Positions 10,126 to 18,675 of a stretch of DNA of 48,427 bases are shown one piece after another (position 1 is the first letter of the stretch; the number at the start of each line of letters is the position of its first letter). This stretch comes from an uncultured delta proteobacterium. Its GTDB lineage: Bacteria > Myxococcota > Myxococcia > Myxococcales > Anaeromyxobacteraceae. The stretch spans positions 1 through 48,427 of the forward strand of contig CAWHDZ010000029.1 in NCBI GenBank assembly GCA_963828255.1. Direction: 5' to 3'. The notes under the pieces were generated by a model. The model saw only the letters and a list, made by a program, of their open reading frames with translations. It made no database searches and was not told the origin of the DNA. A program made the position numbers and the translations under genes.

Positions 10126-11113
10126 GTGGCCCACCCGCAGCGCAAGCGTCTCGGCGGAGATCCTGCTCGAAGCCGGGATCATCGACGGCACCCAGCTCCA
10201 GGCGGCGCTCGGACACCAGCGCCGCTGGGGCGGACGCCTCGGGCAGGCCCTCATCGACCTCAAGATGGCCAGCGAGGAGGACATCGTCTCCACGCTCGCC
10301 AACAAGCTGGGGTTCGAGCGGGTGCCGGTCGAGACGGTGGAGTACGGCCCCGGGCTCGAGCTGGCGCTGCGCCTCGTGCCCCACGAGTTCGCCGAGCGAA
10401 ACCAGCTCCTCCCCTACGCCGCCGACACGGCGAGCCTCTGGGTCGCCATGGCCGACCCCACCAACATGGGCGTCATCGACGAGCTGGCCTTCCGCACCGG
10501 CCGGAACGTGAAGCTGGCCATCGCCGGCGACCGCGAGATCGCCCGCGCCATCCGCCGCCTCTACCTGGGGGACAAGCGGGGGGTCGAGGCCATCGCCCTC
10601 GACGAGCTGGACGACGGGCCGGTGGAGATGATGGGCCCGCTCGACGCCGGGTACACGCAGGGTCAAGACGGCTACTTCCCGGGCAAGCAGGCGCCGGCTT
10701 CACCGGCCGCCCCCGCGGCCCAGGGCCCCGGCGGAGCGCCGCCCCCCCTGCCGGTCCGCCCGGGCCCGCCCACGACGGGTCCCGAGGCCCGCCTCGCCGC
10801 CGCCGTGCGCGGGTTGCGGATGGAGGACGACGCTCCGGTGGCCGTGCGTGCCCAGATGCCCGAGGCGCCGCCGGAGCTGGTGGTCGAGCTCGAGCCGGAG
10901 CCGGACGGAGGGTTCGTCTTCGGACCGCGGGTCGAGGCCATCCTCGACGGCCTGGAGCGCATCGGCGGGCGCGCGGGCTGCCCGCCGGAGGTCGATCGCC
11001 TCTCGCGGTTCTCGTCGGCGCTGGTCCGCCTTCTCGTCAAGAAGGGGTTCATCTCCGAGGACGAGCTGGCTGCGGCGTTCGTCCAGGCGGAGCGCGGCGC
11101 ACCCAAGCGGTAG
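10126..11113 (+). CDS. Stand-alone MshEN (GspE/PilB N-terminal) domain protein (frameshifted)
   Basis: Joined frames give '[40 protein letters not shown]' and 'LWVAMADPTN..IDELAFRTG'. No ATPase domain. Frameshift near 10155. Confidence 0.85.
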
Positions 11114-11497
11114 TCAGTTCAGCGCGGCCGGGACGGCCAGCGCGAAGGGCGCGATCTCCACCGGGAAGGTCTCGCCGTCGTCGCGCGCCATGGTGTAGGT
11201 CCCGCGCATCTGCCCGAGCGGGGTGCGGAGCACGCAGAAGCTCGAGTACTGGAACGACTCGCCGGGCTCGAGGTGCGGCTGCTGGCCGACCACGCCCTCG
11301 CCGGTGACCTCCTCCCGCTCGCCCCGGGCGTCGGTGATGATCCAGTGGCGGGAGAGGAGCCGGGCACCCGAGGTGCCGCCGTTCCGGATGCGGACCGTGT
11401 AGGTGTACAGGAAGCGCGCCTGTCCGGGCGCCGAGCGCTCCGGACGGAACTCGCTCTGCACGGAGACCTCGATGCCGTCGGTGACTGCGGTGGACAC
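11114..11497 (-). CDS. apaG: ApaG protein
   Basis: 'LLSRHWIITD', 'GEGVVGQQP', 'GQMRGTY'. Confidence 0.95.
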   Translation of the reverse strand: MSTAVTDGIEVSVQSEFRPERSAPGQARFLYTYTVRIRNGGTSGARLLSRHWIITDARGEREEVTGEGVVGQQPHLEPGESFQYSSFCVLRTPLGQMRGTYTMARDDGETFPVEIAPFALAVPAALN

Positions 11498-11542
11498 CGG
11501 GTTCCGTTAACCGCGGGCGGGCCCCCGTGCCACAATGGCCGG

Positions 11543-12375
11543 ATGGCACTCGAGCCCCGGCTCCGCGAGATCCTGGACGAGGTGCGGGCCGACGGCGGGC
11601 GGGTGGTGGCGCTCACCGGAGCCGGCATCTCCGCCGAGAGCGGCATCCCCACCTTCCGCGGGAAGGAGGGGTTCTGGGTGGTCGGCTCCCGGAACTACAT
11701 GCCCCAGGAGATGGCCACCCACGCCATGTTCCTGATGGAGCCCGCGGAGGTCTGGCGCTGGTACCTCCACCGGTTCGGCGTGGTCCGCCACGCCGCGCCC
11801 AACGCCGGGCACGAGGCGCTGGTGCGGCTCGAGCGCGCGCTGGGCGACCGCTTCACGCTGGTCACCCAGAACATCGACGGCCTGCACCGGCGCGCCGGCG
11901 CCTCGCAGGAGCGGACCTACTGCATCCACGGCGACGCCGCCTGGGTCCGCTGCGCCCACGACTGCGGCGTGGGGCTCCTCCCGCTCCCCGGTTCTCGGCC
12001 CCCGCGACGCCGCCTCGCCGCTCACCGCCGCGGACCGCGCCCGCCTCACCTGCCCGCGCTGCGGCGGCTGGCTCCGGCCCCACGTCCTCTGGTTCGACGA
12101 GTGCTACGACGAGGAGAACTACCGCTTCGAGTCCACCCTGCGCGCCGCCGCCGAGGCCGACCTTCTGCTCGTCGTGGGCACGAGCGGCGCCACGAACCTG
12201 CCCATGCGCGTGGGGCAGCTCTGCTTCACGGGCGGCGCGGCGCTGGTCGACGTGAACCCGGAGGAGAACCCCTTCTCCGAGCTGGCGGAGCGGAGCCGCC
12301 GCGGCTTCTTCGCCCGGGGCTCGGCCACCGGGAGGCTCCCGGAGATCGTGGAGGCCCTGGGCGGAGGCGCCTGGA
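11543..12375 (+). CDS. cobB: Sir2/CobB-family NAD-dependent deacylase (frameshifted)
   Basis: 'LTGAGISAESGIPTFRG', 'TQNIDGLH', 'IHG', Zn cysteines, 'LRPHVLWFDE', 'VGTSG'. Frameshift near 11990; 3' end approximate. Confidence 0.9.
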
Positions 12376-12376
12376 G

Positions 12377-12901
12377 CTACCGCTGCAGCGCCTCGAGCTT
12401 CGCGATCCAGGCCGGCGAGAGTCCCGAGGCGCGGGCGCCCCGCAGCATGACGTCGAGGTAGGGCGGGGCGGGAGGGCCGTCGGCGGGGAGCCGGCGAGCC
12501 GGGGCCACCCGGAAGGCCAGCGCCGGCACGGGCCCGGCTTCCGTCTCGAGGGTCACCTCCACCGGCTCGTAGAGCCCGGAGACCGCCCCCTCCTTGTGGT
12601 CGACGAGGCCGCGAGCCTCCCCGGGCATGGGGACGGCGAGCCCCTCCACCGCGTCTCCCGGCGCCTCCGCCAGGCTCGCCACCGGACCGCCCCACATCCG
12701 GCTCGGGGCGTCGAAGGAGAGGCGCCACCCGGGGAGCCGCGCCGGGCGCGCCACCGAGAAGTCGGGCACCCGGTAACCGTGGTCCCGCGCCCAGCTGCCG
12801 AAGGCCTCGGCGTCGAGGGAGGACCCGTAGACGAACCAGGTGAACCCGGGGCCGCCCGCCGCCTGGTGGGCCCGCCCGACGACGTTCAGGGGATTGGCCA
12901 T
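12377..12901 (-). CDS. Gamma-glutamylcyclotransferase-family protein
   Basis: 'WFVYGSSLD', 'ARLPGWRLSF', 'VDHKEG', 'PPYLDVMLRGA'. Confidence 0.8.
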   Translation of the reverse strand: MANPLNVVGRAHQAAGGPGFTWFVYGSSLDAEAFGSWARDHGYRVPDFSVARPARLPGWRLSFDAPSRMWGGPVASLAEAPGDAVEGLAVPMPGEARGLVDHKEGAVSGLYEPVEVTLETEAGPVPALAFRVAPARRLPADGPPAPPYLDVMLRGARASGLSPAWIAKLEALQR

Positions 12902-12933
12902 GTGGGCTTCGCTCCCGCCGCGGGACGCGGCGA

Positions 12934-14133
12934 TCAGGTGAGGACGACGTGGGCGATCTCGGGGGGGCTGCCGAGCCGCATGGGAGGACCCCAGTACCCG
13001 GTGCCGCGCGAGACGAAGATCTGCGAGCCGTTGCCGTCCTTCACCCCGTACAGGCCGTGAAGGTAGGGGTAGACGAGCGCCGTGGCCAGCGTGAACGGGA
13101 AGATCTGGCCGCCGTGGGTGTGGCCGGAGATCTGCAGCTCGACGCCGGCATGGGCGGCCGCCTCGACGCCGCGCGGCTGGTGGGCGAGCAGCACGAGCGA
13201 GCGGTCGGGGTCCCTCCCCGCCAGCGCCGCGGCCAGGTCCGGCCCGTGACCGGGAGCCATCCCGGCGGAGCGCCAGTCGTCGATGCCGGCCAGGTCGATG
13301 GAGGCCCCGCGGTCGCCGATCTCGACCCGCTCGTTCCGGAGCACCCGGATGCCCAGGCGGCGGAAGTGCTCCACCCATGCCGCCGCCCCCGAGTAGTACT
13401 CGTGGTTCCCGGTGACGAAGTAGACGCCGTAGCGGGCCGAGAGCGCGGCCAGCGGGGCGGTCGCCGCCTCGAGCATCCGCACGCTGCCGTCCACGAAGTC
13501 GCCGGTGAGGGCGATGACGTCGGGGCGCAGGGCGTTGGTGGCGGCCACCACCCGCCGCACCTCGTCCTCGCCGATGGTCCGGCCGACGTGCAGGTCGGTG
13601 ATCTGGGCGATGGAGAGGCCGGATAGCTGCCGGGGGAGGCGCGCCAGCTTGACCGGCACCTCGTGGATTTGGGGAGCCCCGAGCGCGCTCGAGACCGCGA
13701 AGGCGGTCGCCCCGCCCGCCGCCAGCACGGCGCCGCCGGCGACGGCCCGTGCCATGAGCCGGCGCCGCTCCGGGTCGGCGGGGGCCTCGGGGGCGTGGCG
13801 GATCCAGTCCGTGAGGAGCTCGACCCCCGAGAAGGCGAGCCGGGCCAGGTCGACCACCACGAGCGCCGAGAGCAGGAGGAAGGCCACGCCCATCCAGATC
13901 ATGGCCCCGAAGACGAAGCCGTCGGCGAGGGCGCCCGCGCGGGCGCGCATGACGAGGAAGGCCAGCGGCACGGCGACGGCCGCCGCCACCAGCCCCACGG
14001 TGAGCAGGCGCCGCCAGGGCTCGCCCACGTCGGTGTCGCGGACCAGGCGCGACCAGATGTAGTAGTGCATGCCGCCCACGAGGAGCAGGGCGACGCCGAA
14101 GAAGATCACGAACGAGAGCAGGGAGCGCGACAC
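12934..14133 (-). CDS. Membrane-anchored metallophosphoesterase (YkuE/YaeI-like)
   Basis: DLH, GDFVD, GNHE, LAHQP, GHTHGGQ motifs and N-terminal TM helices. Confidence 0.9.
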   Translation of the reverse strand: MSRSLLSFVIFFGVALLLVGGMHYYIWSRLVRDTDVGEPWRRLLTVGLVAAAVAVPLAFLVMRARAGALADGFVFGAMIWMGVAFLLLSALVVVDLARLAFSGVELLTDWIRHAPEAPADPERRRLMARAVAGGAVLAAGGATAFAVSSALGAPQIHEVPVKLARLPRQLSGLSIAQITDLHVGRTIGEDEVRRVVAATNALRPDVIALTGDFVDGSVRMLEAATAPLAALSARYGVYFVTGNHEYYSGAAAWVEHFRRLGIRVLRNERVEIGDRGASIDLAGIDDWRSAGMAPGHGPDLAAALAGRDPDRSLVLLAHQPRGVEAAAHAGVELQISGHTHGGQIFPFTLATALVYPYLHGLYGVKDGNGSQIFVSRGTGYWGPPMRLGSPPEIAHVVLT

Positions 14134-14212
14134 GGGGAAGAGCTAACCGGGAAACGGCCCCGCCGCCAGCGGGGGCCGGCGGCGGGGAGGGGACGGGCCC
14201 GGGACGCCGGGA

Positions 14213-14625
14213 TCAGTCGTCGCGGCGGAAGCGATCTCGGTCGTGCCCGCGGTCGTGCCCGGCGTGGCCCAGGCCAGGTGGCCGGGAGGCGACCGGCGGG
14301 CGTCGAGCCCGGCGCGGTAGCCGCCGTACCAGGCGTCGTAGCGGGCCACGCGCCAGGGGTTCCAGCCCCAGCGGGCCAGGTAGGCGGCCCGGTTCGCGTC
14401 GAGCCAGCGGTAGTACACGGAGAGTGACGGGCCACCCCGGGTCGCCAGGGGAGGCGGGGGCGGGAGCACGGTGGCCACCCAGGGAGGCGGCGCGGGCGGG
14501 AGCGGCACGGCGAGCTGCGGGACCGGGCGCCACCGCTCGTCGTGCGCGCTGGCGGGGCGGGGAGCGAGGAGGGCGGCTGCGGCGAACGCGGCGAGACAGG
14601 CGGCGACGGCATTGCGGTGGGTCAT
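14213..14625 (-). CDS. Hypothetical secreted Pro-rich protein (frameshifted near the 3' end)
   Basis: GGAGG RBS, signal peptide ending PASA, poly-Pro linker, W/Y/R-rich core, and probable tail GHAGHDRGHDRDRFRRDD after a frameshift near 14270. Confidence 0.6.
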
Positions 14626-14694
14626 GGCTTCCTCCGTTTCCTTCGACGGAGAAGGGACGCGGGAGCCCGCCCCGGGATTCACCGGGCCGCGCGA

Positions 14695-15030
14695 TCAGCC
14701 GGGCGGCGCCCCCGGCAGCCGGTCGATCTTGGCGGCGAGGATGAAGTCGTTCTCGGTGAGCCCGCCGGCGGCGTGGGTCCAGATCTCCACGTCCACCGCG
14801 GAGTAGTGGACGCAGAAGTCCGGGTGGTGGCCCTCCGACTCGGCCAGGTCGGCCATGGCCGAGACGAAGGCCATGGCGGCGCGGAAGTCGGAGAAGCGGA
14901 GGTGCTTGCGGATGCGGTCGCCGGCGAGCTGCCAGCCGTCCACCGAGGCGAGGAGTGCGTCGAGCGCGGCCCCCTCGACGCGCGGGACTCCGCCTTCGCA
15001 GGGGACGCACTTCTTCCGGGTGAGGTCCAT
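14695..15030 (-). CDS. phhB: Pterin-4-alpha-carbinolamine dehydratase
   Basis: 'KKCVPCEGG', 'EGHHPD', 'WTHAAGGLTENDFILAAKID'. Confidence 0.95.
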   Translation of the reverse strand: MDLTRKKCVPCEGGVPRVEGAALDALLASVDGWQLAGDRIRKHLRFSDFRAAMAFVSAMADLAESEGHHPDFCVHYSAVDVEIWTHAAGGLTENDFILAAKIDRLPGAPPG

Positions 15031-15090
15031 GGTGGCCAGATAACCGAACCGGCGGCGGCGCGCCGCCCCGGGCGCTATGCTCCGCCGACC

Positions 15091-15465
15091 ATGGAGAGAA
15101 CTTTTTTCGCGCTGGGCGCGATCTCGGCCTGCATCGCGGTGGGGACCGGCGCGTTCGGCGCCCACGGCCTGAAGTCCCGGGTCACGCCGGAGATGGTGGC
15201 CGTCTTCGACACCGGCGCGCGCTACCAGATGTACCACGCGCTGGCGCTCGTCGCGGCCGCCTGGGCCGCCGCGCGCTGGCCCGGAGCGGCGGTCAACTGG
15301 GCCGGCTGGCTCTTCGTGGCCGGGACCGTGCTCTTCTCGGGAAGCCTCTACGCGCTCGTGCTGACCGGCGTGAAGGGGCTCGGGGCGGTCACGCCGGTGG
15401 GCGGCCTGCTCTTCCTGGCCGGGTGGCTCTCGCTGGCGTGGGCCGCGCTTCGCGGCGGACGGTGA
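15091..15465 (+). CDS. DUF423 (YgdD/TMEM256) membrane protein
   Basis: 'GAFGAHGL', 'YQMYHALAL', 'LFSGSLY', 'TPVGG'. Confidence 0.9.
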   Translation: MERTFFALGAISACIAVGTGAFGAHGLKSRVTPEMVAVFDTGARYQMYHALALVAAAWAAARWPGAAVNWAGWLFVAGTVLFSGSLYALVLTGVKGLGAVTPVGGLLFLAGWLSLAWAALRGGR

Positions 15466-15472
15466 GGCGACC

Positions 15473-15796
15473 CTACCCCGTCTCGATGGGAAGCCCGGCG
15501 TCGGTCCAGGCGACCACTCCGCCGTCGAGGCTGTAGGCCTTCTCGCAGCCACGTTGCGACGCGGCCGCGGCGGCGGTGAGGCTGCGGATGCCGTGGGCGC
15601 AGACGAAGATGGCGTGGCCGCGTCCCTGGCGCAGCCCTCCCTGGGGATCGCGCAGCAGCGAGCCGAGCGGCAGGTGGCGAGCTCCCGGGATGTGGCCCGA
15701 GGCCCACTCGTAGGGTTCGCGGACGTCGACCAGGTCTACGTCGTCGTGTGCGAGGAGGTGGACGGCCTCCTCGGGGGAGATGCGATGGACCGGCAT
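15473..15796 (-). CDS. Single-domain rhodanese
   Basis: 'VDVREPYEWASGHIPGA', active-site 'CAHGIRS', 'LDGGVVAW'. Confidence 0.9.
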   Translation of the reverse strand: MPVHRISPEEAVHLLAHDDVDLVDVREPYEWASGHIPGARHLPLGSLLRDPQGGLRQGRGHAIFVCAHGIRSLTAAAAASQRGCEKAYSLDGGVVAWTDAGLPIETG

Positions 15797-15879
15797 GAGG
15801 GGAGTGCTTAATCGGGCCCCGGCGCGCCCTCTCGCGAATCTGCGGGGCGGCTCCTTCCAGGCTAGACTGTGCCCTCCTC

Positions 15880-17272
15880 ATGAGCCGACCTCCCCGGGAC
15901 CGCTTCCCCTCGCAGATCAAGTACCTGGCCTGGAACGAGGGGTGCGAACGCTTCTCGTTCTACGGCATGACCTCGATCCTCACCATCTACATGGTGACCT
16001 TCCTGGGGGTCCGGGAACCCGACGCCGAGGCCAACTACCACTTCTTCGTCTTCGCCGTGTACCTCACGCCGCTCGTCGGCGCCTGGATCGCCGATCGCTT
16101 CCTGGGGCGCTACCAGGTCATCCTCTGGCTCTCGCTGGGCTACGTCTTCGGCCACGCCGCCATCGCCATCTGGGAGTCGCCGGCCGGGCTCGTGCTGGGC
16201 CTGTCGCTCATCGCCATCGGTGCGGGCGGGATCAAGCCCACCGCCGCGGCCTACGTGGGCGACCAGTTCGACGCGAGGAGCCAGCACCTGCTCGAGAAGG
16301 TCTACGACCTCTACTACTGGATGATCAACCTGGGGTCGTTCACCTCCATGCTCGTCATCCCCGAGCTCCTGGCCCGCTTCGGTCCCTGGGTGGCCTTCTC
16401 GGTCCCCGGCGTGCTCATGGCGTTCGCGCTCGTCATCTTCTGGCGCGGTCGCCGCCTCTACGTGAACGTCCCGCCCACCGGCCCCAACCCGAACGGCTTC
16501 TTCCGGGTGGTCCGGCTGGCCCTGAAGAGGCTGGGGACCACCCGTCCCGGCGAGCACTGGCTCGACCCGGCCCGGGCGCAGTTCCCCGCCGAGGCGGTCG
16601 ACGGCGCCAAGGCGGTCTTCCGCATCCTGGGGGTCTTCGCGCCCATCGCGGCCTTCTGGGCCCTCTTCTTCCAGTACGGGTCCTCCTGGGTGCTGCAGGC
16701 CGAGCGCATGAACCGCGAGATCCTCGGCTACACGGTGAAGGCGTCGCAGATGGGCTCCCTGAACGCCATCTTCGTGCTCACCACCATCCCGGTCTTCGCC
16801 GGCCTGGTCTACCCGGCGCTGCAGCGGCGCGGGGTGAAGACGCTGGCCCTCCAGAAGATGCAGATCGGCATGTTCGTCACCGTGCTCTCCTTCCTCTGGG
16901 TGATGGGCGTCCAGGTCGCGCTCGACGCGGGCCTCCGGCCGCACGTGGCCTGGCAGGTCCCGGCCTACCTCTTCCTCTCCATCGGCGAGGTGCTGGTCTC
17001 GGTGACCGCGCTCGAGTTCGCCTACACCCAGGCGCCGCCCTCCATGAAGAGCGTCATCATGAGCCTCTGGTACGTGACCATCGCGGCCGGCAGCCTGCTC
17101 ACCGCCGGCGTGGCCAAGCTCAACCGCTTCCACGGCGGTCTGGTACTTCGCCTTCTTCGCGGTGCTCATGTTCATCGGCGCGCTGGCCTTCGCCTGGGTG
17201 GCGCGGCGCTACCGGCCCACGTCGTTCGCGGCCGGGCCCGGGACGGCGCCGGCGGCGGAGGGCAGTCCGTGA
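15880..17272 (+). CDS. POT/PTR-family proton-dependent oligopeptide transporter, copy 1 (frameshift near 17135)
   Basis: 'EGCERFSFYGM', 'GGIKP....VGDQF', 'LEFAYTQAP'. The last helix (WYFAFFAVLMF...RRYRP) lies in the shifted frame, ending at TGA 17270-17272. Confidence 0.9.
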
Positions 17273-18675
17273 GCGCTGCCGCGCCCGCCGCCGTGGCCGG
17301 TCGCGATCGCTTCCCGCCGCAGATTCGCTGGATCATGGCCTCGGAGGGGGCCGAGCGCTTCTCGTTCTACGGGATGCGCAACATCCTGGTCATCTACATG
17401 GTGCAGTACCTGGCGCTCTCCGCCGCGGACGGGAAGGCCAGCTACCACTACTTCGTGATGGCGAACTACCTCATGCCGCTCGTGGGCGGGTGGCTCGCCG
17501 ACCGCTGGCTGGGGCGCTACCGGGTGATCCTCTGGCTCTCCTTCGGCTACGTGGTCGGTCACGCGGTGGTGGCGGCCTACGAGACGCGCATGGGGCTCCT
17601 CGCCGGGTGTGCCCTCATCGCCGTCGGGGCAGGCGGCATCAAGCCCTGCGTCTCGGCGTACGTGGGCGACCAGTTCGCGCCCGACCAGAAGCACCTGCTC
17701 CAGAAGGTCTACGGCCTCTTCTACTGGATGGTGAACCTGGGGAGCGTCACCGCGTCGCTGCTCATCCCATGGCTGCTCAAGGCCCACGGCCCGGCCGTGG
17801 CCTTCGGCGTGCCCGGCGCGCTCATGGCGCTCGCGCTGCTCCTCTTCGTGGCGGGCCGGCGCCAGTACGTGAACGTGCCGCCCACCGGTCCCAACCCGGA
17901 CTCGTTCGTGAAGGTGGTGGCCACCGCGCTCGCCCGCCGCCGGGAGCGCACCCCCGGCTCCGACTGGCTCGAGGCGGCCCGCGCCGTCCACCCGGCCGAG
18001 GCGGTCGACGGGGCCCGAGCCGTGCTGCGGGTGTCGGCGGTCTTCGCCATGGTGGCCGGGTTCTGGGCGCTCTTCGACCAGAAGGGGGCGGCCTTCATCC
18101 TCCAGGCGAAGCAGATGAACCTGGACGTGGGGACGTTCGAGTTCCTGGGGACGACGCTGGGCGGGTTCAGGCTCGCCGAGTCCCAGATGAACGCGGTGAA
18201 CCCGTTCCTCGTGCTCCTCATCATCCCGCTCCTCCAGGGGGTGGTCTACCCGGGACTCGTCCGCAGGGGGGTGAAGGTGACCCCGCTCGGCCGGATGAGC
18301 GTCGGCATGTTCCTCACCATGCTCTCCTTCGTCATCATGGCCGGCATCCAGGCGGTCATCGACGGCGGGGCCCGACCGCACGTCTTCTGGCAGGTCATCC
18401 CCATCCTGGTCCTCACCGTGGGCGAGGTGATGGTCTCGGTGACCGGGCTCGAGTTCGCCTTCACCCAGGCGCCGAAGACCATGAAGAGCACCATGATGAG
18501 TTTCTGGCTGCTCACCTCCGCGGTGGGGAACTTCATCGCCGCCGTGGTCTCGCAGTGGAACCGCTTCCACGGCGCCGCCTACTTTCTCTTCTTCGCGGCG
18601 CTGATGCTCGTCGCCTCGGTGGCGTTCGTGGTGCTGGCGCGGCGCTACCGGCCGGTGGCGTCGGTGGCCGGGTAG
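17269..18675 (+). CDS. POT/PTR-family oligopeptide transporter, copy 2
   Basis: GTG overlaps the copy-1 stop. 'EGAERFSFYGM', 'GGIKPCVSAYVGDQF', 'LEFAFTQAP'. Confidence 0.9.
   Translation: MSAAAPAAVAGRDRFPPQIRWIMASEGAERFSFYGMRNILVIYMVQYLALSAADGKASYHYFVMANYLMPLVGGWLADRWLGRYRVILWLSFGYVVGHAVVAAYETRMGLLAGCALIAVGAGGIKPCVSAYVGDQFAPDQKHLLQKVYGLFYWMVNLGSVTASLLIPWLLKAHGPAVAFGVPGALMALALLLFVAGRRQYVNVPPTGPNPDSFVKVVATALARRRERTPGSDWLEAARAVHPAEAVDGARAVLRVSAVFAMVAGFWALFDQKGAAFILQAKQMNLDVGTFEFLGTTLGGFRLAESQMNAVNPFLVLLIIPLLQGVVYPGLVRRGVKVTPLGRMSVGMFLTMLSFVIMAGIQAVIDGGARPHVFWQVIPILVLTVGEVMVSVTGLEFAFTQAPKTMKSTMMSFWLLTSAVGNFIAAVVSQWNRFHGAAYFLFFAALMLVASVAFVVLARRYRPVASVAG

Noticed and set aside
15880..18675. 931-aa double-POT fusion protein
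   Set aside because: A 1-bp insertion near 17135 bypasses the last helix and the TGA at 17270. The shifted frame restores a normal C-terminus matching copy 2.
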